From a virus (lineage: Duplodnaviria > Caudoviricetes): a DNA stretch of 35,409 nucleotides. Of the stretch, positions 34,940-35,409 are shown piece by piece. The stretch covers positions 1-35,409 of the IMG/VR virus record IMGVR_UViG_3300042363_001100. The stretch is one strand, 5' to 3'. Made by a program: the position numbers and the translations under genes. The first letter of the stretch is position 1. Each line of letters begins with the position of its first letter. The notes beneath the pieces are model-generated. The model saw nothing but the letters and a program-made list of their open reading frames with translations, was not told the origin of the DNA and ran no database searches.

Positions 34940-35409
34940 ATGGAAAATAACATTTTAAAAAATACATTTAATCAACCAAATCTGTGGGGTGGTATTGTAC
35001 CCATGCATATTTTCGGCTCCTTGGGTTTGTGGATGATAGCTACCGGAAATCAAATAGAGTACTGGTGGATATATTTTATCATAGGATTTGTTGGCATTAC
35101 AATGTTAGGTGTAGGTGCTTGTTATCATCGCTTGCTAAGTCATAAAAGTTTTACAGTTAATAGATTTGTTAAAATTATTTTATTGTGGCTAGCAAATATT
35201 TCTGGACAAGGAAGTCCTATTTTTTGGGTAAGTGTACACCGAGGATATCATCACAGACATACGGATAAAGCTGGAGACATGCATAGTCCTAAAGATGGTT
35301 TTTGGCATTCTTATATTTTATGGATGTTTAAAGTAACAAAAGAAGATGTAAATCCTAAGTATGCAATTGATCTAATGAAAGACCCAGATTGTGTTTTCTT
35401 TCATAGACA
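34940..35409 (+). CDS. Membrane fatty-acid (delta-9 acyl-CoA/lipid-like) desaturase, truncated by the window edge
   Basis: Manual translation MENNILKNTF...GVGACYHRLLSHKSF...GQGSPIFWVSVHRGYHHRHTDKAGDMHSPKDGFWHSYILWMF: first two His boxes plus TM segments. Confidence 0.88.
   Translation, partial: MENNILKNTFNQPNLWGGIVPMHIFGSLGLWMIATGNQIEYWWIYFIIGFVGITMLGVGACYHRLLSHKSFTVNRFVKIILLWLANISGQGSPIFWVSVHRGYHHRHTDKAGDMHSPKDGFWHSYILWMFKVTKEDVNPKYAIDLMKDPDCVFFHR

Noticed and set aside
1-35409. tRNA, rRNA, introns or inteins
   Set aside because: No cloverleaf, rRNA-like stretch or interrupted core gene was recognised by eye. A covariance-model scan would be needed to exclude them fully.

Overview
This window is a fragment of a large T4-like myophage genome; the host cannot be determined from it. 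From left to right it contains: (1) a baseplate/tail module (partial gp9-like, gp7, gp6, gp25, an M15-peptidase protein, gp5 with a C-terminal lysozyme-like domain, gp27-like hub, a split gp53, gp48, then divergently gp4, gp2, gp54-like, gp26, gp51 and a gp29-like tape measure); (2) an Hsp20 plus small-protein unit behind a ROSE-like leader; (3) replication genes (dUTPase, regA, gp62, gp44, gp45); (4) a nucleotide/DNA-modification region; (5) small early genes behind near-consensus sigma70 promoters; (6) an AT-rich accessory enzyme cluster (two 2OG-Fe(II) oxygenases, two GNAT-like proteins, a PP-loop ATPase, a partial fatty-acid desaturase). The strongest candidate for a new system is region 4. 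A gp42-like dCMP hydroxymethylase sits upstream of a translationally coupled operon encoding a BGT-like glycosyltransferase, UDP-galactopyranose mutase, a divergent C5-methyltransferase, DexA and a second glycosyltransferase. This suggests cytosine hypermodification with a furanose sugar. Other notable signals are a probable -1 frameshift fusing gp26 to gp51, the in-frame split of gp53, a 22-bp operator-like repeat at two early promoters, and a 10-bp-phased TATAAT array. All family calls come from motif recognition and synteny, not database searches.
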